A stretch of 64,000 nt of DNA, taken from a virus. Its lineage: Duplodnaviria; Caudoviricetes. Shown piece after piece: positions 48,258-57,033 of this stretch. The position numbers were made by a program, and so were the translations under genes. Numbering within the stretch: position 1 is the first letter of the stretch; each line of letters opens with the position of its first letter. The stretch is taken from positions 1 through 64,000 of the IMG/VR virus record IMGVR_UViG_2706795957_000001, one strand, 5' to 3'. The notes below the pieces were generated by a model. It saw only the letters and a program-made list of their open reading frames with translations, had not been told where the DNA came from and ran no database searches.

Positions 48258-48471
48258 TGTACTCGAGCGCCCGGACGTCCGGGACTCTGACACCGACGAG
48301 CCCGAGAAGGTCGTCCACTACATCAAGCGGAACGAGATCCTCGAGAGTGTGGTCGACGGCAAGTTTGTCCGCACCCTGTGTGGCGAGATCCTTCAGGTAA
48401 CCAAGACTGCGAAGGACGGATCGCCCGTATGCGAGAGGTGCAAGGAGATCCACGCGGGGTTGCCGAAGTGA
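48247..48471 (+). CDS. DUF3039-like actinobacterial Zn-binding protein
   Basis: T.VLERP...HYI...I.ES.V.G..V..LCG...SPVC..CKEI. Confidence 0.7.
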   Translation: MSTDVLERPDVRDSDTDEPEKVVHYIKRNEILESVVDGKFVRTLCGEILQVTKTAKDGSPVCERCKEIHAGLPK

Positions 48472-48665
48472 GCGCATGCGAGGACTGCTGGAGTGACGCA
48501 TACGTCAAGTCCAGGATCCGCGGCACCTCTCAGGTCGACGAGTATCAGCGGCTAATCCAAGACCACGCCGGCGGGAACATCATCGACCCCGACGACGAGT
48601 TCTGGACGGGCTGCAGCGAGGACTGCGCACCGCATTGCATGTCGGATCACCGCGGCGAGCAGTAA
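48468..48665 (+). CDS. Small Cys-rich hypothetical protein
   Basis: GTGA overlap. Confidence 0.5.
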   Translation: MSACEDCWSDAYVKSRIRGTSQVDEYQRLIQDHAGGNIIDPDDEFWTGCSEDCAPHCMSDHRGEQ

Positions 48666-48678
48666 CCGACCGACACAG

Positions 48679-48713
48679 CGAGACCCCCCTACCAACTCGG
48701 TAGGGGGGTCTCG
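48679..48713. terminator. Bidirectional hairpin between the rightward operon and the tRNA
   Basis: 15-bp perfect stem. Confidence 0.75.
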
Positions 48714-48720
48714 TCGTCTG

Positions 48721-48795
48721 TGCCCTGGGTGGGGCTCGAACCCACGCATCTTCCGATTATGAGTCGGAGGCCTTCACCAACTTGGCTACCAGGGC
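48721..48795 (-). tRNA. tRNA with CAT anticodon (Ile2-like; Met possible)
   Basis: gccctgg/ccagggc acceptor; tccga-CTCATAA-tcgga; T loop TTCGAGC. Confidence 0.88.
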
Positions 48796-48848
48796 AGGCC
48801 TACTGTACACGATCCCGCGGCCTCCTCCAGATACCCCCGTAGGGTGTT

Positions 48849-49106
48849 TTACAGTGTTTCCCCAGGTGGATTTGACATTGCAGCAAATTTACAGGCACCG
48901 GTTCTCTAACGAGAGGCTAGACCGGTTCTGAACTGGGGATTCGTCTGTACGAGATTCTGGTTTGCGAAGGATTATGAGTTCATGGTACTCTGGCTGCATA
49001 CGCTGCGTATTTCTGTCAAATGCCCTGTTCAGAGTGTGTGCATGCATCTACTTGGACACACATATAATCGCATGAGATTGCAGGCATTTTTACAGGCTTT
49101 GCAGGC
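48849..49106. other. Putative attP with short core and arm-type repeats
   Basis: GATTATGAGT at 48970-48979 (same as the tRNA anticodon region); TTRCAGGC at 48889, 49078, 49090, 49099, variants at 48849, 48878. Confidence 0.65.
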
Positions 49107-49148
49107 ATCTTCCGGTACGGGTACCCCCCATGGGTAAAAGGAGTCACC

Positions 49149-50507
49149 ATGAGCACAGATGAAGAGAAGAAGGAGCGCCGGCGGTACGGCCAGGGGTCGA
49201 CCTACTACCGCGAAGAGCGTGACGTCTGGGTGGCCTCCAAGCGCGTCGGCTACGACAACCGCGGCAAGCCGATCCGGCTCAGCGCCCAGGGCAAGACTGA
49301 GGCGAAGGCCATCGCAAAACTCGACAAGAAGATCCGCGACTTCCGCCTCGGCAAGCAGACCAGCAAGAGCAAGGGCACCGTCGGGGAGTACCTCGACCGG
49401 TGGCTCTCCGACGTCATCGCCGACGATGTACGACCCACTACATTGCACAGCTACGACAGCTCGGTGCGTAATCAGATCAAGCCCACGATCGGCACTAAGA
49501 AGCTCGCCAAGCTCACGCCCGAAGATGTTCGCCAGATGCGTCGTGACATTGAGGCGATGTACACCGAGAAGGCCAGGGCTGACCCCCGATATGCGGAAAC
49601 GGGCCCGAAGCGCTCGCGCTATGCACAGGTGGTTCTTTCCAAGGCCCTTGCTGATGCGGTTCGTGAAGAGATCATCGACCGCAACGTCGCCGACACCATC
49701 TACGTGAAGAAGCCGCCGGCCACCGACAAAGAGCAACCCGCGCTCAATGCCGAGCAGGCCAAGCGCCTCCTGCGCGTAGCACTGGAGAAGAAGGATCGCT
49801 GGGCCACCCGGTGGGCGGTTGCGCTCCTGACCGGAGTGCGCCAAGGCGAAACGCTCGGGCTCACGTGGGATCGCGTGAACTTCGAACGCAAGGAGATCCT
49901 GTTCGACAAGCAGCTCCAGGTGCTGCAGAACAGGCACGGGTGCGGCACCGGCAGCGGCAAGAGCTGGCCGTGCGGCATGAAGGTGGCGCGCGCATGCCCA
50001 CACCGCGAGTACGTCATCCAGCCTCAGTACCGCAACCAGGTCAGAATCCTCGAGGAGGGCAAGCGCTCACTGGCGCTGACGCCGACCAAGACCAAGATGT
50101 CCAAGCGCGCGCTGCCGATGTCAGAGCCGCTCGAGAAGATCCTGAGGGCTCACAAGCTGTCCACGATGAACGAGTCGAACCCACACAACCTGGTCTTTCA
50201 CTACGAGGATGGCCGTCCGGTCTACCCGCGAGACGACTACGACAACTGGCTCGCCGCCCTGGACGCCGCGGACCTCGAGCGGATCAAGCTGCACAGCACC
50301 CGGCACAGCACCGCGTCGATCATGAGTGACATGGGCATCGACCGCCAGGTGATCATGCAGATCCTCGGACACACCAACCTCAACACCACGGCCCGCTACG
50401 CCGCGGTGGGCGACACCTTCCGCCGTGAGGCCATGGAGTCGCTGAGCAACCTGCTGGACATGTTCGGCGAGGGTGACGCTGGCAACACCCCGGCGCTGGA
50501 TGTCTGA
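49149..50507 (+). CDS. int: Tyrosine integrase
   Basis: TGVRQGETLGL, LHSTRH, ILGH...TTARY. Confidence 0.95.
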   Translation: MSTDEEKKERRRYGQGSTYYREERDVWVASKRVGYDNRGKPIRLSAQGKTEAKAIAKLDKKIRDFRLGKQTSKSKGTVGEYLDRWLSDVIADDVRPTTLHSYDSSVRNQIKPTIGTKKLAKLTPEDVRQMRRDIEAMYTEKARADPRYAETGPKRSRYAQVVLSKALADAVREEIIDRNVADTIYVKKPPATDKEQPALNAEQAKRLLRVALEKKDRWATRWAVALLTGVRQGETLGLTWDRVNFERKEILFDKQLQVLQNRHGCGTGSGKSWPCGMKVARACPHREYVIQPQYRNQVRILEEGKRSLALTPTKTKMSKRALPMSEPLEKILRAHKLSTMNESNPHNLVFHYEDGRPVYPRDDYDNWLAALDAADLERIKLHSTRHSTASIMSDMGIDRQVIMQILGHTNLNTTARYAAVGDTFRREAMESLSNLLDMFGEGDAGNTPALDV

Positions 50508-50523
50508 TTTTGTGACTCCCGAG

Positions 50524-50566
50524 CCCACCCCCACCTGCGCTTTCTGGTAGGTGGGGGTGGGACTTT
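50524..50566 (+). terminator. Terminator after int
   Basis: 15-bp stem. Confidence 0.7.
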
Positions 50567-50711
50567 AGTCCCGAGGGTGAACCTCGATTAAAGAAATTCG
50601 TTGACTAGATGTTTACTTAGCGCACAGGCGGCTGTAAGGTTCGTGTAGCTAATCGCAAATTCTTTGTGATCGCAGCCCCCCACCCACCGCCGATAGGCCG
50701 CTCGCTTCAGA

Positions 50712-50978
50712 ATGCGTGGCGAGGACGCAGCCCAGGCAAAACCTTTCAAGCTAGAAGAGGTCAATTCCCCCATGTACGGATCCCACGTCTCTAGTCTCTC
50801 AACCACGACTGGACAGACTGTGACAATGGACGTTGAGATTGTTGACGGCGAGCCATTCTTCTCAATGCAATATGGCGAAGGCGTCGATCAGCTGATCGAA
50901 TTCGACATTGATGGGTGCCGGCAGTTGCTTGCCCAGCTGGGCAGCATTCTCGGAATGCGGATTGCCGAGGTCGCGTAG
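50712..50978 (+). CDS. Hypothetical protein (start may be 50772)
   Basis: Preceded by TTTACT-N17-TAAGGT at 50612-50640; terminators on both sides. Confidence 0.5.
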   Translation: MRGEDAAQAKPFKLEEVNSPMYGSHVSSLSTTTGQTVTMDVEIVDGEPFFSMQYGEGVDQLIEFDIDGCRQLLAQLGSILGMRIAEVA

Positions 50979-50994
50979 GTAGTCAGAAAAAGGG

Positions 50995-51028
50995 GCAACC
51001 CCCGCCTAGTACGTCAGGCGGGGGTTGC
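50995..51028. terminator. Bidirectional terminator
   Basis: 13-bp stem with A-run on the left and T-rich right flank. Confidence 0.7.
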
Positions 51029-51411
51029 TTTCTTCATTTCCGGGGCCGTATTTGACATCCGAGATGAATGTCCGGATCAGTTCGTCGATGGCTTTTCGCT
51101 GCCGGCTGGTCAAGACTTCCGAACCCACCGGAGGCTCATAGGGGGGCTGTGCCGCATCCCAGGTCTCGCCAAGCCAGTCCAGGACCCTCTTGACGGAGAT
51201 CCCCAGGGCCTCCGCGACGCGCTCGAGGGTCTGCCTTTCAACGAGCCGCGGGTCGGCCTTGCCGGTGATGAGCCGGACGACGGTGGTGGTGTGCAGACCG
51301 GCTTCCTTGGCCAGAGCGGTTGAAGCTCGGGTCACCCGTCCGTGGATTGGTGAGACCCTGCTTCAGCATCGCTTTGGCCCAAGGCTGCGGTACTTCAGTG
51401 GTTTGTCTCAT
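51006..51411 (-). pseudogene. Immunity repressor (XRE HTH), apparently frameshifted by +1 nt
   Basis: N-terminus MRQTTEVPQPWAKAM...GDPSF and HTH ALAKEAGLHTTTVVRLI are in different frames; 406 nt = 3n+1. Confidence 0.65.
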
Positions 51412-51517
51412 AGTAACGACTAGTGTCTCACGCACAACTGCACGCGTCAACAACGACTGTCGGTGGCCGGCGCTATAGTGTATCTAACGCACAAGTAGAC
51501 AGCCAGGAGGCATAAGC

Positions 51518-51742
51518 GTGTCAGACATCAAGGTGGGCGACATCGTCACCATCGGTTCATGGGGTTACCGCTGGACGGTGACCGGTTTCAAGCTCTCGCC
51601 AGCTTCTGGGGGCCGTAAAGCCCTCCTCGCGCGAGATCAAGAGCACGGCTACCGCCGCGGTGACGTCGGCAAGAGCCGAGGGACGGCGACCATTCGGACC
51701 CGTGTAGCGGTCGATACATTGGTCAAGGAGGAGTCCAAGTGA
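51518..51742 (+). CDS. Hypothetical protein, first gene of the early rightward operon
   Basis: AGGAGG SD. Confidence 0.65.
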   Translation: MSDIKVGDIVTIGSWGYRWTVTGFKLSPASGGRKALLARDQEHGYRRGDVGKSRGTATIRTRVAVDTLVKEESK

Positions 51743-52776
51743 CAACCCCCTACGACCTCCTCGAGACCGGCGCCATCATCAATGGACGCGCGCAAGTCAT
51801 CGGCAAGTTCGCGAACGGATCACCCGAGTGGCACGCCGCGCGCCGCGGGCATGTCGGCGGGTCCGAGATCTCCGCGATCGTCGGCCTAAGCCCATTCGAG
51901 TCACGGTTCTCCCTCTGGCACCGCAAGAAGGGTGAACTCGAGGACGTCGAGGAGACCCCAGCCATGGAGTGGGGCACCCGCCTCGAGCCAGTCGTCTACG
52001 ACAAGTACGCCGAGGGTCTCGAAGAGGGTGAGTTCATCACCACCGGCCACACCTTCCGATGCCTGATCCCGGGGCGCGGCTGGATCAATGCCAACCCCGA
52101 CGGCATCGTCTGGGCGCAAACCGAAACCGGCGAGTGGTACATCCGTCGCATCCTCGAGATCAAGACCTCGGCCCGCGGCGAAGGCTACGGAGAGAACGGC
52201 AGCGACGGCATCCCGATCTACTACCGATGCCAAGTGCTGTTCTACATGTACTGCCTCGGCGTCAAGCAGGCCGAGCTGGCCGCGCTGATCTCCGGTGTCG
52301 ACTACCGCACCTACAAGGTCAACTACAGCACTGAAGACGTCGAGTTCCTCATGAACGCCGGCGACAAGTTCATGCACGACCTGAACAACAACGTCCTGCC
52401 CGACATCAGCAAGGATAGTACTACCTACGAGGCTGTCCGGCAGATCAACCCCGAGTTGGACCCGGACCTCGAAGTCGTCATCCCCACCGCACTGGGGGAG
52501 TACTACCGATCGATCGAGGAGGCCTACCGCGAGATCAAGGACCTGCGCTACGGCGTCCACGCAGACATTCTCGACCACGTCGGGTCCGCGCGCCTGATCA
52601 AGCTCGAGGACGGCGAGGTCCTGGCCCGCCGGCAGATGCCTGGCCGTGGCGACAAGCCATACCTGCGCTACGTGCCGCCCAAGAAGGCCGAGCAGGTGAG
52701 CGTCACGGACGCCTACGAGAAGGAGCAGGACCGGCAGGAACGCCTGGCCGCGATGTACGCGCCCGCATCTGTCTAG
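51739..52776 (+). CDS. RecE-like (YqaJ / lambda-exonuclease family) exonuclease
   Basis: EWH..RR..VGGSE, WG.RLE, ANPDG, LEIKT, YY.CQV..YM. Confidence 0.9.
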   Translation: MTTPYDLLETGAIINGRAQVIGKFANGSPEWHAARRGHVGGSEISAIVGLSPFESRFSLWHRKKGELEDVEETPAMEWGTRLEPVVYDKYAEGLEEGEFITTGHTFRCLIPGRGWINANPDGIVWAQTETGEWYIRRILEIKTSARGEGYGENGSDGIPIYYRCQVLFYMYCLGVKQAELAALISGVDYRTYKVNYSTEDVEFLMNAGDKFMHDLNNNVLPDISKDSTTYEAVRQINPELDPDLEVVIPTALGEYYRSIEEAYREIKDLRYGVHADILDHVGSARLIKLEDGEVLARRQMPGRGDKPYLRYVPPKKAEQVSVTDAYEKEQDRQERLAAMYAPASV

Positions 52777-52783
52777 TCTCTAG

Positions 52784-52812
52784 TTGACTCCAGCAGACAC
52801 ATGACGTAGGCT
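52784..52812 (+). promoter_or_regulatory. SigA-like promoter
   Basis: TTGACT-N17-TAGGCT. Confidence 0.75.
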
Positions 52813-52868
52813 GATGGAGTCAGACAGAGAGCGACAACGAACTGTCTAACCTCTAACTGAACAGAGAC

Positions 52869-53037
52869 TTGTGGTTGGTGGCGTCAAGCCCACCCCTTCT
52901 GGCACAAACCATCCCATTAATCACGGGGCTTACTACGCACGCCAGTTGGGGACGTAAGGACGCCCAGCACCCTTCCCCGGTGCTTGCGGGACTTCAGAGT
53001 TCCTTCAGCTCGACGGCTCCTGCGCCACCAGCCACAA
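52869..53037 (+). ncRNA. Structured element copy A (unknown family)
   Basis: 15-bp closing stem; core TCAAGC / GTAAGGACGCCC / GCTCGACGGCTCCTG. Confidence 0.75.
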
Positions 53038-53045
53038 CAACACTT

Positions 53046-53254
53046 GCGACGCCGGCGTCAAGCGCGCCCCTCGGAGTGCATCCTGTCCCTTTCCAGGATG
53101 CAGGGTCTAGCATGCCCACCTCCGCTCCGACCGGGAAGTAAGGACGCCCGACGGTTGAGCCCTGCGGTTCTCCCCAACGAGTTGGCGCTCGTTGAACCAC
53201 CGCTCCCGTCTGCAGACCACAACATCTGCTCGACGGCTCCTGCGCCGGCGTCGC
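53046..53254 (+). ncRNA. Structured element copy B (unknown family)
   Basis: 12-bp closing stem of different sequence; same three core blocks. Confidence 0.75.
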
Positions 53255-53263
53255 CACAACCCC

Positions 53264-53294
53264 CACATGAGGTCCGAGTACCGCGAAGCGGATT
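53264..53294 (+). repeat. Intergenic motif copy 1
   Basis: cacatgaggtccgagtaccgcgaagcggatt. Confidence 0.85.
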
Positions 53295-53352
53295 GAACTA
53301 TCCGGAAATACCAGACAGTTCAAAACACAAGAGAGAAGAGGAGATACAACAC

Positions 53353-53541
53353 ATGGCACGAATCAATCAGAAAACGCTGGACAGCATCAACACGGCGTTC
53401 GAGAACATGGGCCGCGAGATCGACGGGCTGTGGAACTCGATCAACCAGGTCAAGGGAAAGTTGGAAGAGCAGCCATCCGATGTCCGGATCACCGAGACCC
53501 CGTCGGTGCAAGCCGCCAAGGGCGAGGGGGCCTCGGAATGA
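53353..53541 (+). CDS. Small coiled-coil hypothetical protein
   Basis: GAGGAG SD. Confidence 0.6.
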   Translation: MARINQKTLDSINTAFENMGREIDGLWNSINQVKGKLEEQPSDVRITETPSVQAAKGEGASE

Positions 53542-54050
53542 TCAAGCCGCCATTCCAGCTCGCCACGTTCTTCAACACTGGCGAGGATGACCCCTACGGC
53601 TGCGTCATGAACGTCGTCGCCTGGCTCGCGGGCGAACCGACAACCGCCGAACCGGCCTGCACCAACTGGCATTTGACCAGCCTGGCCCAGACGTTCAATG
53701 ACAAGCTGCTCATGAAGTTCGCTCCCCACACCCGGGAGTTCGGCACCAACATCGACGGCACGGTACGCATGGTCGGCGTCGCCACCCCGGAGCAGGCAAC
53801 CCGGATGCTCGAGGTTGCAGAGATGCTCGTCAACACCTCCGTGGTCAAACGGCAGGACAGCATACCGTGGCTCCGATCGGTCACCGCGCTGTATGCACCC
53901 AACAAGATGGGCAGCCATGGGCTGGCTACGGCCATCGTCGATGACGCCGACACCTTCGACGAAGCGGTGACCAGCATGCTGATCATCCTCGAGGACTTCC
54001 ACAGCACCTTCGCTGACCAACTCACCCCCAAGGAGCAGGCACTTGTCTGA
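53538..54050 (+). CDS. Hypothetical protein
   Basis: GCVMNVVAWLAGE...PAC...ND motif. Confidence 0.65.
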   Translation: MIKPPFQLATFFNTGEDDPYGCVMNVVAWLAGEPTTAEPACTNWHLTSLAQTFNDKLLMKFAPHTREFGTNIDGTVRMVGVATPEQATRMLEVAEMLVNTSVVKRQDSIPWLRSVTALYAPNKMGSHGLATAIVDDADTFDEAVTSMLIILEDFHSTFADQLTPKEQALV

Positions 54051-54768
54051 ACTGCAACAGGCCGCACAGGGCCAGGCGGACGCCGGCCCAGTCCAGGTCA
54101 TCTACAGCCACGCCAAGGAGATCCAGAACGTGCTCGCCAAGGGCACCGACATGGACCGCTGGCTGCAGATGGCCCGACTCGCCGTCATGCGTGACCCCAA
54201 CCTCGTCAACGCCGCCAAGCGCGACCCCGGCTCGCTCATGCAGGCCATGCTCGACTGCGCCGAGAAGGGACACATCCCCGGCACCGAGGACTACTACCTC
54301 GTGCCGCGCAAGGGTGGCATCCAGGGCATGGAGTCCTGGAAGGGAATCGCCAAGCGCATCATGCGTTCTGGCCGCTACCAGTCCATCGTCGCCGAGGTCG
54401 TCTACGAGGGCGAGGACTTCGACTTCAACCCCAACACCATGGACCGACCCGTCCATCAGATCAAGTACATGGCGCGCACCTCCGGACAGCCCGTCCTGTC
54501 CTACGCCTACGCGGTCGACCACGAAGGTAAGCCGTCCACCATCGCAGTCGCCGACCCTCGCTACATCGCCAAGGTCAAGGCCAACTCCAAGGGCACCGTC
54601 TGGGCCGACTGGGATGAGGCGATGTACAAGAAGACCGCGGTCAAGATGCTCGTGGACTACGTCGACACCTCCTCGACCGACCGTCGTGGTGTGTCTACCG
54701 TCCAGGTAGACGGACCGGTCGGAACCTTCATCGACGGCGTTCTCGAGATCGAAGGGGGCGACCAGTGA
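54043..54768 (+). CDS. recT: RecT-like ssDNA annealing protein
   Basis: YYLVPR, SWKG...RSG, VVYEGEDF, W..W.AM.KKTAVK. Confidence 0.9.
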   Translation: MSELQQAAQGQADAGPVQVIYSHAKEIQNVLAKGTDMDRWLQMARLAVMRDPNLVNAAKRDPGSLMQAMLDCAEKGHIPGTEDYYLVPRKGGIQGMESWKGIAKRIMRSGRYQSIVAEVVYEGEDFDFNPNTMDRPVHQIKYMARTSGQPVLSYAYAVDHEGKPSTIAVADPRYIAKVKANSKGTVWADWDEAMYKKTAVKMLVDYVDTSSTDRRGVSTVQVDGPVGTFIDGVLEIEGGDQ

Positions 54769-54983
54769 GCGACCACGAGATCATCCGCTCCGTCCAGTTC
54801 AGCGACGGCACCAACATCCTTCGCGTTGCGGTCGACGGACACTTCGCCGAGTTCGGAATCGGTGAAAAGTATGTCTTCGTCCCCATTGAGAAGTTGGACG
54901 AGTTTGCCGACGAGCTCAAGAAGATCGCGCCGAAAAAGGCGACGCTCGCCACCCGGGACACGATGCAGGTGATGGGTCGATGA
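54765..54983 (+). CDS. Hypothetical protein
   Basis: Coupled ORF. Confidence 0.6.
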   Translation: MSDHEIIRSVQFSDGTNILRVAVDGHFAEFGIGEKYVFVPIEKLDEFADELKKIAPKKATLATRDTMQVMGR

Positions 54984-55717
54984 CCATCCAGGTTCGCGTA
55001 ATCTCCTCGCCCACAGTCACCCTCGCCGGGTTCACCATGATCACCCAGACGGTCCGAGAGAAGCTCGGCGCCGGCGACTCTGGGTCGATGGCGCAGTTCC
55101 TCGCCGAGTTCGGCGGTCGGGTCTGCTACCAGAGCTGGGACAAGCCCAACCCGAAGACGGCCACCAACCAGGGCTACATCGAGAACATCCAGGAGCAGCG
55201 CCACTTCAGCGTGCTCGAGCACAGCTCGGCCAGCTTCTACATCGAAGGTGTCTCCCGGTCGCTCACCCACGAGTTGGTGCGCCACCGCCACTTCTCGTAC
55301 TCGCAACTGTCGCAGCGCTACGTCGACTCCAGCGATGTCGCGTTCGTGCTGCCGCCGGCCTACGAGGGTGACGACTGGGCGACGAAGGTGTTCGTCGAAG
55401 GCCGCGCCCGGGACCTGCGGGACTACGCCGAGCTCGAGGAGCACCAGAAGTCCAAGGGGCTCAACAAGAAGCAGGCCCGAGAGTCTGCCCGGTCGGAGCT
55501 GCCCAACAGCACCGAGACCAAGATCCTCGTCACCGGCAACCTGCGCGCATGGATGGAATTCCTCATCAAGCGTGACAATCCCGCCGCCGACGCCGAGATC
55601 CGCCGCCTGGCCAAGGAGCTCCGCGAGCACCTCATCTTCATCGCACCAGATGTCTTCGGTGACACTGCCCGCAAGCTCTGGGACGACTCGTTCGCCCAAC
55701 GCGAGGCGCGCGCCTGA
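54980..55717 (+). CDS. thyX: Flavin-dependent thymidylate synthase
   Basis: RHRHFSYSQLSQRY signature; H.SVLEH; GNLRAW. Confidence 0.95.
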   Translation: MTIQVRVISSPTVTLAGFTMITQTVREKLGAGDSGSMAQFLAEFGGRVCYQSWDKPNPKTATNQGYIENIQEQRHFSVLEHSSASFYIEGVSRSLTHELVRHRHFSYSQLSQRYVDSSDVAFVLPPAYEGDDWATKVFVEGRARDLRDYAELEEHQKSKGLNKKQARESARSELPNSTETKILVTGNLRAWMEFLIKRDNPAADAEIRRLAKELREHLIFIAPDVFGDTARKLWDDSFAQREARA

Positions 55718-55723
55718 GACCCG

Positions 55724-55753
55724 ACGGCCTCGCTGGGAAACCGGCGAGGCCGT
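55724..55753 (+). terminator. GAAA-capped hairpin after thyX
   Basis: 13-bp stem. Confidence 0.6.
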
Positions 55754-55762
55754 TCTCACATC

Positions 55763-55793
55763 CACATGAGGTCCGAGTGCCGCGAAGCGGATT
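55763..55793 (+). repeat. Intergenic motif copy 2
   Basis: cacatgaggtccgagtgccgcgaagcggatt. Confidence 0.85.
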
Positions 55794-55816
55794 CCACACC
55801 ATAGGCAAGGAGAACC

Positions 55817-56158
55817 ATGGACAGGCGATCAGTAAACTACCCAATCGAATACAGCAAAGAGTTGGACAGGCACATCAACAGTGTGCGAGCACTGGCCGCG
55901 TTTCTGACGAGCAGCGAGGTCATCCACGCCGCCGACCACTACAGGGACGCGCTGGCCTACGAGGGCACCCTCGATACGGTCTGCGATCAGCTCGGTGTGA
56001 AGCGGTACGACGCGATCGTCGATAGGGTCGCGGAACTGCAGAGCCGCACCGACGTCGTCGAGGTCGGAAAGAATCTGCCGACACCCGACCCCAAGGATCC
56101 CGAACACATCAAGTTCGCCACCAGCCTACTCACAGAGGTTGCGAAAGGCATGGCGTGA
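55817..56158 (+). CDS. Hypothetical protein
   Basis: AAGGAG SD. Confidence 0.65.
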   Translation: MDRRSVNYPIEYSKELDRHINSVRALAAFLTSSEVIHAADHYRDALAYEGTLDTVCDQLGVKRYDAIVDRVAELQSRTDVVEVGKNLPTPDPKDPEHIKFATSLLTEVAKGMA

Positions 56159-56421
56159 CCGGCGATCACGTGGCCGCGGTCGAGATCGACGCAGCGCGGA
56201 TCCACAGATCCCTCAGGAACTTCAACGACGCAATCCATGACGAACAGTGGCAAGACCTGCCTGAACTAGTCCGAGAGAAGATGCGCAGCCTGGCCAGTGA
56301 ATGCCGGGACGCCATCCTCAGCCCCCACCGCCGCGCATACAGCGGCACCCATGCACGATCCGGGGTCTGCGCAGAGTGCCAGACCCAATACCCATGCAAC
56401 GCAAGGAGATTCTTCCAATGA
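56155..56421 (+). CDS. Hypothetical protein with H..CxxC..YPC motif
   Basis: GTGA overlap. Confidence 0.6.
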   Translation: MTGDHVAAVEIDAARIHRSLRNFNDAIHDEQWQDLPELVREKMRSLASECRDAILSPHRRAYSGTHARSGVCAECQTQYPCNARRFFQ

Positions 56422-56615
56422 CCGAACCATTCCAGAACAAGCTGGCATTCAACAAGCGTGAGCTCGCCGAAGCCGTCGGCGTTCACGAGTCCACCATCGA
56501 CCGCGAGATCAAGGCCGGCAAGCTCGAGGCGCGCTACGTCCGCGGCAAGGTCGTCATCCTCCGCGAAGAGGCCATGGCATGGCTCGCCGCCACCCCCGAC
56601 GAGAAGGAGCTGTGA
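56418..56615 (+). CDS. Excisionase-like HTH protein
   Basis: ELAEAVGVHESTIDREIKAGKL.A...G..VI.R. Confidence 0.75.
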   Translation: MTEPFQNKLAFNKRELAEAVGVHESTIDREIKAGKLEARYVRGKVVILREEAMAWLAATPDEKEL

Positions 56616-56616
56616 C

Positions 56617-57033
56617 GTGAGCAACGAAGCAGAAGTCCACTACAAGAAGGCATCTCGGTGGCTCAAGAAGGCCGATAGGGAACGGGACTACGCTGCAACG
56701 GCAGCGCTCCCTGAGGGGCACTGTAAGCGTGCTGTCGAGTACGAGCAGCGAGCTCAGGTGCATGCACTCATGTCCATCGCTGCATCGGGTCTACCGATCA
56801 GCGTCACGGCCACTTCGACGCTTGACTAACGACCCGGGAGACGTCTAATGTCTAACCCATCACAAGAGTGTGATTTCGCCACCCTGTTCGAGGCATGCAA
56901 CAGCCAAGCCGAGTATGAGGTCACCTACCGATGGTGGGGGCGGAAAACCTTCTGCGCCAGTCACTTCCGTGAGATGAAGGTCGACGGCGACAAGCATGTA
57001 CTAAGTGTAACCGCCGCGGCGCCCCAGGCATGA
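56617..57033 (+). other. Two small hypothetical genes (56617-56829, 56848-57033)
   Basis: SD motifs. Confidence 0.5.

Noticed and set aside
52869-53294. CRISPR array or transposon ends
   Set aside because: Only two units, with interleaved conserved blocks and self-paired variable parts; no cas or transposase gene
52869-53541. ORFs 52869..53141, 52984..53541 and 52994..53359 as genes
   Set aside because: No SD, low-complexity products; the repeats conserve base pairing rather than reading frame
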